Made by a program: the position numbers and the translations under genes. From Chrysomallon squamiferum (lineage: Eukaryota > Animalia > Mollusca), in assembly GCA_012295275.1 (NCBI GenBank), contig CM022666.1, positions 10,726,001-10,790,000 of the forward strand: DNA of 64,000 nt. The letters run 5' to 3'. The notes beneath the pieces were generated by a model. It saw only the letters and a program-made list of their open reading frames with translations. It did no database searches and was not told the DNA's origin. Shown piece by piece: positions 39,066 through 52,557 of the stretch; within the stretch, counting starts at the first letter, position 1; every line of letters begins with the position of its first letter.

Positions 39066-39612
39066 ACAGTTATACACATTACATACACACATTCAGTTAT
39101 ACACAGTTACATACACACATACAGTTATACACATTTACATACACACATTCAGTTATACACAGTTACATACACCCATACAGTTATACACAGTTACATACAC
39201 ACATACAGTTATACACAGTTACATACACACATACAGTTATACACAGTTACATACACAGATTCAGTTATACAGTTACATACACACATACAGTTATACACAG
39301 TTACATACACACATTCAGTTATACACAGTTACATACACACATACAGTTATACACAGTTACATACACACATACAGTTATACACAGTTACATACACACATAC
39401 AGTTATACACAGTTACATACACACATACAGTTATACACATTCAGTTCAGTTATACAGTTACATACACACATACAGTTATACACAGTTACATACACACATT
39501 CAGTTATACACAGTTACATACACACATACAGTTATACACAGTTACATACACACATACAGTTATACACAGTTACATACACACATACAGTTATACACATTTA
39601 CATACACAGATT
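39066..39612. repeat. 28-bp minisatellite (cagttatacacagttacatacacacata), ~19 units
   Basis: Tandem units read directly; explains ORFs 39007..39732 and 39018..39659. Confidence 0.96.
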
Positions 39613-39880
39613 CACATCCTTACGTTATTACATGGAAATATATTGAGAAACATATATAACATGTATATATGTATGAATAAGAAAGAAAGAAAGAGAGGTA
39701 AAGAGAGAGAAATTACTCCTTTACAAAAATAAATGTTCATTCTGTGAATTAGAACGGTAATTGCAAACTTACACACGAAAAGATGAAAGTGTTTAGTTCC
39801 AATTTATTTTATAATAATAATTTTAATATGTTTCATTTAAGTGTATTTCCTAAAACCACGGATACTTTAAAAATGTATTT

Positions 39881-40211
<331 letters not shown>

Positions 40212-40537
40212 GCTTGTATACAAACACACACATTCAGACGCAGACATGCACACAAATATACAAAAACGAGGGTGTATGTTCGCCTGTGTGCGGATGTATG
40301 TATGTATATAAATAAATAAATGAATAAATAAATAAATAAATGCCAGTATAATAATGAAAGTTTATGTGTACTCAGTCTTTACGAGTTATTTTCACCAAAA
40401 TACGTGTAATCTAAAACTACATTATTACTGGAAGAGGAACAACAACTCTTAGCGCTACAGCTAATACAACTACTGCTCACAATACTGTTAAACAACTGGT
40501 ACCGAAACTACCAATAATAATAACAATAACAATGATA

Positions 40538-40568
<31 letters not shown>

Positions 40569-40814
40569 TCAGAAGAAGAAGAAGAAGAAAATATATTTGT
40601 GAACTTTGGAGTTCCATATAATATTACATTTTCTGATTAGCGGAGGTATTTTAATATATATTTATTTATTATTACCTTAAGTAATCTTAGATAGATACAT
40701 AAATAGATACACAGTCAGTACGACAGACAGACAGAAACAGAGAAAGGTTATTATATATAATTAATCTCTATCATAGTATTTGTTGTATATATATCTATTC
40801 GTCTCATCTCAATC

Positions 40815-42650
40815 CGTACATCCATCTATTGTTATTTATTTCTCTCTCTCTCCATCCATTCATCCATCTATTATTATTTATTTGTCTTTCTCTCAATCAA
40901 TTCATCCATCTATTATTAGTTATTTGTCTCTCTATCAATGCATGCATCCATCTATTATTAGTTATTTGTCTCTCTGTCAGTCCATCCATCTAGTATTAGT
41001 TATTTGTCTCTCTATCAATCCATCAATCCATCTAGTATTAGTTATTTGTCTCTCTATCAATCCACCAATCCATCTAGTATTAGTTATTTGTCTCTCTATC
41101 AATCCATCAATCCATCTAGTATTAGTTATTTGTCTCTCTATCAATCCATCAATCCATCTATTACTAGTTATTTGTCTATCAATCCATCCATCCATCTATT
41201 ATTAGTTATTTGTCTATCAATCCATCCATCCATCTATTACTAGTTATTTGTCTATCAATCCATCCATCCATCTATTACTAGTTATTTGTCTATCAATCCA
41301 TCAATCCATCTAGTATTAGTTATTTGTCTCTCTATCAATCCATCAATCCATCTAGTATTAGTTATTTGTCTCTCTATCAATCCACCAATCCATCTATTAC
41401 TAGTTATTTGTCTATCAATCCATCCATCCATGTATTATTAGCTATTTGTCTCTGTCAATCCATTCAACAATCTATTATTAGTTATTTGTCTCTGTCGATC
41501 CATTCATCCACTATTATTAGTTATTTGTCTCTGTCAATCCATTCATCCATCTATTATTAGTTATTTGTCTCTCTGTCAATCAATCCATCTATTATTAGTT
41601 ATTTTTCTCTGTCAATCCATTCATCCATCTATTATTAGTTATTTGTCTCCCTGTCAATCCATCAATCCATCTTTTATTAGTTATCTGTTTCTCTATCAAT
41701 CCATCTATTATTAGTTATTTGTCTCTATTAATCCATCAATCCATCTACTATTAGTTATTTGTCTCTCTATCAATCCATTAATCCATCTAGTATTAGTTAT
41801 TTGTCTGTCTATCAATCCATTAATCCATCTATTATTAGTTATTTGTCTCTATCAATCCATCAATCCATCTACTATTAGTTATTTGTCTCTCTATCAATCC
41901 ATTAATCCATCTACTATTAGTTATTTGTCTGTCTATCAATCCATTAATCCATCTACTATTAGTTATTTGTCTCTCTGTCAATCCATCAATCCATCTATTA
42001 TTAGTTATTTGTCTCTGTCAATCCATCCATCTACTATTAGTTATTTGTCTCTCTGTCAATCCATCCATCCATTTATTATTAGTTATTTGTCTCTGTCAAT
42101 CCATCATCTAGTATTAGTTATTTGTCTCTCTGTCAGCCCATCCACCTAGTATTAGTTATTTGTCTCTCTATCAATCCATCAATCCATCTAGTATTAGTTA
42201 TTTGTCTCTCTATCGATCCATCAATCCATCTAGTATTAGTTATTTGTCTCTCTATCAATCCATCAATCCATCTATTATTAGTTATTTGTCTCTATCAATC
42301 CATCATCTAGTATTAGTTATTTGTCTCTCTATCAATCCATCAATCCATCTAGTATTAGTTATTTGTCCCTCTGTCAATCCATTCATTCATGCATCCATCT
42401 ATTATAAGTTATTTCTCTCTCTGTCAATTCATCCACCAATCTATTATTAGTTATTTGTATCTGTCAATCCATACATCCATCTATTATAGTTATTTGTCTC
42501 TGTCAATCCATCCATCCATCTATTATAGTTATTAGTCTATGTCAATCCATACATCCATCTATTAAAGTTATTAGTCTATGTCAATCCATCCATCCATCTA
42601 TTATAGTTATTTTTCTCTCTGTCAATTCTTCCATCCATGTATTATTAGAT
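40815..42650. repeat. ~34-42 bp degenerate minisatellite (tctagtattagttatttgtctctctatcaatccatcaatcca), ~45 units
   Basis: Tandem units read directly, e.g. 41031 and 41073. Confidence 0.95.
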
Positions 42651-45600
42651 ACGTACATCTGACATGACTGTTTACAGACAGAGCTTTGTGTGGGTTCTCA
42701 CCACAATCTCATGTTAACAGATTAAATGAGAAATTCTCAAAGGACCGCACAAGGCAGCTAAGTCACGTTTATGTTTCTTTGGTATATTTCTTTTCAATAG
42801 CAGTTTAAAAAAAAGTAAAGAGGAAAATATGGTGAACATGGCGAAGAAGAAGAAGAAGAAGAAGAAGAAGAAGGAGAAGAAGAACTGTATTTATACCTAA
42901 AATCAGGTTCATCTGCTTTTCGAAGAATAAGATATCTACATTTCCAGAAAAATGTTTCGTTAATGAAATAAAAGAAAGTGTGCAGTATATAAGTAAATAA
43001 TTCAATAGATTTAGTAATATATCAGGCAAATAAGGAAAACAAAAGCAAATTGTAGATAGAAATAGCTATAACTATATTTGTTTTAATGAAATATAAAATT
43101 ATATACTTCCAGATATGTATATCAACGGAACAAATACATGTTATTATAATAACATCAACAGCTACAATCATGACAGTGATAATAATGATTTTTAAATTAT
43201 TTACTTAACTGTTGAATCTTAAGTTCCTTAATGTTTCTAATACAATGTTTTATATAGTTAAACTGGTCGCGCACTTTCCATTTCAGCGTTTCAAAATGCT
43301 AAATGTTTTTCTTGTGTTACTTTTCTTTTGATCTTTGCTCTTCCTTGTCAGCCTAGAAATGAAAATTGGAGCAGTCTTGTCAAAAACGTAGAGAACTTTC
43401 TTCTGTTTCATGTCCTAACTTCAAGCCGACACTGTTCTTTGGAAATTAAATCAACTCCAGGGTATAACGACATTCACCGTCTGCATGTCTGTTCTTCTGT
43501 CCTTGTCTGCTCTTCTGTCCAGGTTACAGATGATATGACTTGATATCTGACTAAATACAGTCACCTCTCTGTCACAATCACCCAAGTGTTGCTCTTCACT
43601 CGTTTCACATATTTTCATCGTTGTTGGAAATACTATAGACATGATGAATTCTGTTTCTATTCACTACAGACAAATCTGTAACAGCTTACAGAAGATCTGT
43701 GGAGTGGAAGCTCTGTTTTCTGCTTTTTATAGCATTTTATTCGGAAACACGACTTGCTATATATGGTCATTTTAAAATTAATTTTTTTCTTCGGTCAGAC
43801 TGTTAGGTTAGGTTATAAGAGAGTAATGCAAAATACAGTTTGAAAGTTTGTTCTGTTCGTAAATTTTATTTCTTGTCAGTGTTTCTTCTTTATTATAGTT
43901 TGTGTATGTACGTGTGTGTGTGTACATGTGTGTTAATTTAATTTTAAAATTCAGAATTTGCCTGTGCGTAACTACATGTATATATGTTGTTTATGCGAAC
44001 CATGCCTTATACGTGTAGAACTGTGTGTATTAATATTTGATGGCGTAAATACAATATATACATGCGTTGTGTGTATAAAACTATGTACACTGTGTGTATG
44101 TATGTGCGTGTCTGTGTACACAAACAGACAGATGTTAATAGGTAGAGAGATATAGAAAGATTATTACACAGATTTAAAATATATAAGCATGTATATTTGT
44201 ATTTAATTATAACAGAGTTTTGAAACAGTTATTAAATTATAAAATACAGTTTCAGCAAATTCATGTTGTCAGGACATCAGATGATAGATTATCACTTAGT
44301 GTCAACATGTTGTCATGTTTACATTAAAGAACACACCTGCTTGAGATAAATATTATTTATATATGTACATGCAACTATCAGAATACGTCATGAAAAGATA
44401 TTAAAATAAATGTAACAGAAACACAAACACGCCCACTCAGCGATGTAAACATGAAGAGACATTAATACAATGATGCTGATGTATATACGACTAATCTAAG
44501 TGTTTGTTGTATGTTGTGTGTTTGGTTGTGGCTGTGTGTGTGTGTGTGTATGTATATATATATGTGTGTGTGTGTGTGTATGTATGTATATATATGTGTG
44601 TGTGTATGTATATATATTATATATATACATGGGCGAACGCATATGGATCAGTACTAGGGTAATATAAATTTGTTAATGATCAAAGTGTCTAAAGGAAGAG
44701 CTTTGATGGGGTTGTACTTGTTTTCCCTCTCGCCAGTACTAAGTTTCGAGTCTAGTACAGATAAATAAATATTTCGTTCGTTTCGTTCGTTTCGTTATTT
44801 TGCCTTTAGTCCTAACATAAAAAGGTCGCATTAAATGCGAGAGACATTTTAGATTGTCAGATCAATGTAAAAAGTTATATCTTAATCTTCATAACTATCT
44901 GTCAGTCTGTGCATCTATTTGTCAACAAACGACTTCTACTACTACTACTACTTCTAATGCTGCTGCTGATACTACAACAACGACTAATCTATTTATTTTA
45001 ATTCAGTATTAGCAATGTTTTGTTTCCAACCAAAATACAAATCAAACAAAAACTTTGATGGATAATATGTAAAACATAATTTGACCATTTATTCTTTAAA
45101 CAAAAATATACATAAACGAAATTTAGTGAAGAGAAAGTGTTTTGAATTATTCAGTTTCCGTATTTCAGGAATTTACAATCAGACTGTATTTAGAAGATCG
45201 TTATGAAGAATGTGACAAATGATGGCTGGACTGATGTGAAATGTCAGAACGACGCTTCAGGTCACGGGATTGATTCACTGACGTCGATTAACTGACCCCT
45301 GCTTTCAAGAATCCATCACGAAAACACACGTTAGAAGAAACCATACTGTCTCCATTCAGCTGAATTTTATTTAAAGATTCCTTGATACTTAATTATATCT
45401 CTTATTCAAGACATTCGCCCGGTTTATCGCATCACCCTAATATTATATGATACCCATGGGAAGGTGCACGTAAATATATCGTTTTCATAATTGAGAAGTG
45501 TAGCTAGAAGAATTGCAGCTCCGGGCATTTTCCTCTAAACTGATAAAAATAACTCTTTTTTTTAAAATTATTATTGACCAAGACGAATATATAAAATAAA

Positions 45601-48600
45601 TAACTAAAGAACTAATAAAAATAAAATTAAAATCAATAAATAAATAAATAAAATAAAATAGAGGTATAATAAATATTACTATTATTACAATACGTCACTG
45701 AAATAAAACATCTACATCACTCCGTTTTCTCACTACTGGAAATATTCATGTTTAAAACCTTGCTGAAATTGAACTTAATTTCTATGGATTTAGATACCGT
45801 TTGAATAATAAACAAACAGGCAAATAAATAAATAAATAAATATGAGAAAAAGAACAAGGAGTGAAGAAATACTAAGACGACCTACAAACTAAAAGTAGTT
45901 ATGGTCGTGAATATTTTTCACAGATGAAAACGGGTCTAATCAATCTCTACATAATTTGCACATTCACAGAACTGACTCGTTTAATCAGTAATAGAAGAAA
46001 ATCTCGACATCAGCTTGAACAGCGACAAACTGTTGCTGTAGTTGAGAGTAAAATTTGTCAACCTGTGCCAGACTTTGAAAGCGAATTGATCACTAGACGA
46101 AAAAGACCAATAAGTTGATTTCTTAGACGTGATATTATTTCTTTTTACCTCTGAGGCCTATAATTTATACCTAGTAACCGAATGAGCAACTTGTTATTCT
46201 AACAAAATATCACACTAGTAAATTAGACCGTGTTTTCCAATCAGATATCTTCTTTGGGTGAGATAAACACACAAGATAAATTAAAACAAGAATAAACTAC
46301 AATTTCATTCTGTCAGAATTTTGCGTCCATTGTTTAAATATACTGATATTTATAGACATAAATTTAATTAATACTTCACTGTGATATATTAACTATCTCC
46401 TGGTGGTCGCTTAAATATCATTTTTAAATTGCCTTGTTCCAGAGGGGACTATGAATATTGCATTTTCATTTACTTGTTTGATTTTCATTGACAGCAAATC
46501 AATTTTTTTTATCTTAGGTCCAGTGTCTTGCTAGACTGACATTTAATTCGATTAAATTTGTTTCATGATAAAAGTTCATACTTTCCTCACAAGCTACTGT
46601 TATATAGCAATATTTATGTGAAAGTTGAGTAATTCCATTTTAGTTTAATACAGAAAACAAGATAGACTAAATACAGCCAGCAGCCTCAAAGCAATGAGAA
46701 AGATTTTATTTTATTTATAGTGTCAAAACTGAAGTAATGTAATATAATGTTATATTTAGAAATAAAGCAATGGCTGCGTGAAATCAAAATTTTATATTTC
46801 TTATGTAATAATTTCACCATATTCAGTAAAAAAATTAATTCATTTAAATAGGTAATGAAACGCAATATCAGTGTCATGGGTGTGCAGAAGGGTGGAGGAA
46901 AGACTCTTTACTTAAGTTTGGATATTTACCTGACAGAAAGAGCCCGGTTTCCTGTACGTGCTCACAACCCCCCTCTCTGCCGTGCCCGCCCCTGTTACGT
47001 TAGTAAAACAGAATATTACCAGTAAAGGTTGCAAAATGACTTTAGCATTTGTTAAACAGACTACTTCTTCCTAACAACATCGCTGCTGAATCTATTTCAT
47101 TTGCTTGTTTATGTAGTCACAGAGGAATTAGTCTGAAAATCTCAGAGCAAATCAGAACATGACAGTAAGACAGGATGGATTTAATTGTCTTCAACAAATA
47201 CGCTAACAAACAAAAGCAAAGTTCATTTGTAAATCTCAGAAAAAACTACCATAACTTATTCTCAAAAACAAAAACAAACAAAGATAAATAAGTAAAAAAA
47301 TAAACAAAAAATAAAAAGAATATAAAGACAAAGAAAAATGTACAATTAACGTAGTCAGATCTGCTTTGAAAAATAAACACAGAATGTTTCTTCCCTGAGT
47401 TTATTTTAGAAGTGCCCCAAGTGAATCTTACAGCCATTTATGCAGTCAAAATAAAAGAGGCCAAAATAAAAGATAAATCATTATATTGAAAACACAAACA
47501 GTTTCAACGGTTACACGTATCTAGTACAAACAGTAAAGCAGATAAAAAAGCGGTAGTTATGTGAACAAATCCTGGTAGTGAAACTTGTTTTATTTTCATC
47601 CAGGCTATATTTATATGCCATGTTTGATCTTTTTACCTCATATTTATTTCCCTGAGAAATCTGTAATCATTTGAAGGTATCTTAGTAAAAGACTTTCTGC
47701 TCTAAGGTCAATACGTTGTAAATAAACTTTGATTATATTGACAAATGGCCGAGGTTTTGAAATGCGATGCTGATGTCTATCACAAACTGTAGATTTATTA
47801 CGCCAACGAGTTTGAATTATCGATGGAAGTCTATTCGATTTAAATCTCAGAGAATATTTGTCTTTTCTTAGTTAGGTTTGAAATAGTTGTTTGCATGTTT
47901 CTCTTTTATGGTACACTCGGTATTCTAAACGGTAAGGGCTTATCTGAAAGATCATATTTCTGTTGCAACTGAATAGCAGGTAAATTTAAAAATTAATTTT
48001 TTCTTCATAATAATAATAATAATAATATTAAAAGAATTTTCGAAATTTTAAAACATATTATATTATTTCGATGTCAATAAACAGACTGTTCCATTCTAAA
48101 CATATATAAATTATAAGATTGTAAAAATTTTAACTTACAGTATTTAAGCTATAGCACATTCTAGTTATATTTAAATTACAACATCCGAGAAGAATTTAAA
48201 TTCTAAACTGAATGTGTCGACATTTTCAAATATACAATAAAAGTTCAAGACTGAATGTTCATCAGATGACATTTATATATTTGGTTTAAAAAAATCAAAG
48301 AACTTTTGACTGAGATTTTCAGCTTAAATGATAAAGGCATTACAGAAAATCTTTTAAGTGTTTTGTCGCGCACCATGTTACGAAAATTAAAAAAGGAAGA
48401 AATTTCGATCTCTAGTGAGTCATTTTATTAAGAGGGTTAGGGTCATCTACAGAAAGAAAAATATAAAATGTAAAAGTCTTTCAGAACCCAGAAAATGCAT
48501 GGTGCTATTCTTAAATCATTTATTTATGTTATTGTCATACTTTGTTGATACATCGTCTGAGACAACAAAGTAATAACATGGAGGTAACCGTTTGCTTGTA

Positions 48601-49124
48601 CTGCCGCAGCCACTCTTTAATTGTTCGTAACATACTGAACAATGTTACACGAGAATGAATGATTAAATACTTGTGTAAGAGACTATTTGAATGACTATAT
48701 GAAACGTTGAATATGTGAATAAATGAATAATGATTTAACGTATTTTATTTTAATTGTTATTCATTTACAGGAACTATTAATTAAGTACTTCTCTTTTAGT
48801 ACTAAAATTTGGCGTATGTTTTATTAATACGTGTTTTGTTTATATGTGCATCACAAACACGCACACGAAACCTTTGTAACGTTACAAACCATTCTATAGA
48901 ATATGAAGATCATGTTACAAAATAAACAATATGCTATTTGTAGTCACTATAAACTGTGAAAAATAGAATGAAAATAAATCACTTGCAAACTAGGTTTTAA
49001 AATACGTATGTCACTGAATCATAACACTCTAAAAATTATTTCTCCTGCACAAATTATTCATTATTTTCATTCCTTTTGTTTCTTTTGCTTTTTGCACGGA
49101 CATAAACAAGTAAATTTAGTCTCC

Positions 49125-49224
<100 letters not shown>

Positions 49225-52049
49225 CACTCACTTTTTCAAAGCGGACATTCTCAATGGGAACCCGTGCTATTAACCACCATGCGTTTCGTCTATTCTGTAA
49301 TAAGTGAACTGTTGTCCTCTCACGCCTGTTTTATAATAACTGAGTCGTGGCTCTCTCAAGCCTGTCTGTATTAACTGATCTGCAGTCCTCCTCCATTGTC
49401 ACTGACATGTATGCATCTCTGCAGTAACCGAGATTTCATAACTAATGATCTATGCTCAGTGGAGAGTGGATTTCAGCAGATAAAACTGACAAGCTGTAAT
49501 TCTGTAGCACAGTGTCTAAATGTCAGTTCTTCTAAACATATTTTTATTTTACGAACAGATTCAGAGAAATACGGAGGAAAGAGAAAAAAAAGAAAAAAAG
49601 TTAATAATTGAAAGACAGTTTGAGAAATCAAGTAAATTCAGTCTGATAGATCACATTTACTTCATCTATATATGTATTTTGAACGACTGCACCATACATC
49701 CAGTACTGAACAGTCTCATTAAAGACAACATTATAAGCTATGTTCATGCAAGCTATGAAATACAGGATACAAGTCAGCTATGATTAGATTTTGTTCTCTC
49801 TGTTCACTGAATAATGTCTAGAACAAGCCAGACGGATAGATAACGCGGTTTCTCCGACAGAGACATTGTGTTTTGGCCTGTCATGTTGGGATTTTAACCG
49901 TTTTGAAAAGCTGAAGAAAAGGCACTTGTATGCTAATTATGTCGATTACGTTTACAGTTAGTCAGTTCACATCCATTTTCCTGATCAGATCCATTTTACT
50001 TTATCAAATAACTAATTACAATAAGTCCGTGATATTCATAATTAGGTGTCAGGGCAAATATTAAATAATGGTAGAATATTTTCTTAAGCTGAGGCACTTT
50101 GGGGGACTTTTGTCTTACTTTGTTTTCTCACTTTTATGTTTTTCTATTTTATTATATTTTTATTTTGTCCTTCCCTGCATTTCCATTTTTGGACTGGTGT
50201 CTTTTGTCCTGTGAAGCTTATGTCTACTTAGCTCGACATGTGCCTGGCGCTCAACAAAAAGGAAGCTCGTTTTTCAAACATAATTGAGAAGAAACAAGAA
50301 CAAAAGTCACTTTAAAGATTAAAATATATATATATATTTATTTTTCTCCCTCCAAAATTTGTCTTTATTAATCGTAATAGATAATTAATTAAACAGCTGA
50401 TACTGAGGTTTCACTTTTATTTATTTGTTTTACGGCTGGAGGTATGGGACGGAATTTCAAAATCCCAGAAGAGCCGGGATAGAAAAAAGTTAAGAACTAC
50501 GGCATTAGAACGATAAGGTATTATACACAAACAAAACTGTAAACAATTTTACTTCTCCGCTTTAATAACAGTTTCGCAAAGGGCAACATTTTAATGAAGC
50601 AATATAAATATTCAGTGTGTAAACTAATTTCAGATTTGGCGTTGAAGTAATAGTATTTCTCATCAAGCTAACAAGTCCAATAATTCACATAGCAATGTAA
50701 AACAGTTCCTAGGGATATTGTAATGGTGCGCACATCGCCTCACAAAAAATAATTAGAATTTTTGTTGATTCTAGTTTAAACTCTTGTGACTTTAAAGTTC
50801 AGATGTTCCAGGGAACGTCTGTGTTTCTGTTTAGTTATACAACACAGCATTGACGCGTGGGTGGTACTATGTTCGGTCCTCCTTGAAAGACCGATTAAAA
50901 GAGTCCTTGCTGATAATTGGTAAAAGTATGGCCTGAGAGCAGAACATTTTGTTTTTCCTGTCAGTTTTATACCACAATTATCCTTTGATGTATCATTAGA
51001 CATTTATTCGTCAATGTCTGAATTTGTGCTTGTTTTTCATTTATATTATTGGTGGTTTTTTTATAAATGTGTTTGCTGTTTGTAAAACACTACTCCATCA
51101 ATTACTACTTCATGCTAGCAGCTTTCAACAACAACTACACTGATATTGCTACTATTATTGCTGCTGCTACTTGGTTAGAAGAAAAAAAAAAAAAAAATTA
51201 TAATAATAACTGGAACTAAGAGGTGATATAGGAAATAAAGCACTGAGGTATTGATCACGTGACATATTACCCAATCGTTGTGATACTTGGTTTCTGTGAT
51301 AACCTGTACTTATCTGATAAACATCATAAAACATTAATAGTAAGAAGAAAAGCTGATAATAACTTTTAAGGATGACCAATTTTATGCTTTGTCCACTTTC
51401 ATATATCTTTATTGACACAGTTTTCATTTGTAACAGGGATCGAACGACTTTAAAAAGTAATCGTATTATCAACGATTTCCTCATTTTCTTTCGGTTTTAT
51501 GTTTAATAAATAATTCTTTGTCACTCGTGTACTCTTTGTTTTATTGTTCATTATTCTTTCTGCCTTAACAACATACAGCAGCAGAAATAATAATAAGAAG
51601 AACAACAACAGTAATGATGATGATGATGATGAATGATAGATAAACAAAAAGAAAGAAAGAAAGAAGAAGAAGGAAAAGTCGACAACTACTTGAGCCGTTA
51701 CAGCTATAACAATATATTGTATTCAACCTGTCTCGCCAAAATGAAAGGTCGTTGTCTGGAAATCGAGGTCAATACGGTACTACGATTATTTACACCGTTT
51801 TATTATTATGAATCAGTAAATAGATGGACTACCATCATCAACACATTTTCTCTCTGACTTCCCCTGAAGAGCTCTTATCGACATTTCTCTAACGTGTGTT
51901 TCCTTGACAAGAACTGACTGGTCCGCGTTCGAAGACATCAATTTGATCTTTTATTCTTGACAAGAAGTAATACTCGAGTTCCACCAACTATGAAATCGTG
52001 TCAGCAGGTCAGTGTCTGACTGCAACTGTTAACAGAGACAATGTTAAAA

Positions 52050-52557
52050 TATATATAGATAAGTGTGAGATGCTTGTGATAAACAGAGATAAGTGTGAGA
52101 ATAATGTTATATTAAACAGAGATAAGTGTGAGAATAATGTTATATTAAACAGAGATAAGTGTGAGAATAATGTTATATTAAACAGAGATAAGTGTGAGAA
52201 TAATGTTATGTTAAACAGATAAATGTGAGAATAATGTTGTTAAACAGATAAGAGTGAGAAGAATGTTATGTTAAACAGATAAGTGTGAGAAGAATGTTGT
52301 GATAAACAGCGATAAGTGTGAGATGAATGTTGAGATAAACAGAGATAAGTGTGAGAAGAATGTTGTGATAAATGAAGATAAGTGTGAGAAGAATGTTGTG
52401 ATAAACAGAGATAAGTGTGAGAAGAATGGTGTGATAAACAGAGATAAGTGTGAGAAGAATGGTGTGATAAACAGAGATAAGTGTGAGAAGAATGGTGTGA
52501 TAAACAGAGATAAGTGTGAGAAGAATGTTGTGATAAATGAAGATAAGTGTGAGAAGA
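52050..52557. repeat. 33-bp minisatellite (aaacagagataagtgtgagaa[t/g]aatgtt[a/g]t[a/g]t[t/a]), ~15 units
   Basis: Tandem units read directly; produces the NRDKCENNVIL pseudo-repeat ORFs. Confidence 0.95.

Noticed and set aside
39007-39732. 241-aa and 213-aa His/Thr/Tyr-rich ORFs
   Set aside because: Translation of the 28-bp minisatellite.
46875-46994. Short GC-rich element catgggtgtgcag...gcccgcccctg resembling a MITE
   Set aside because: Terminal inverted match too degenerate and no TSD discernible; cannot be supported without a genome-wide search.
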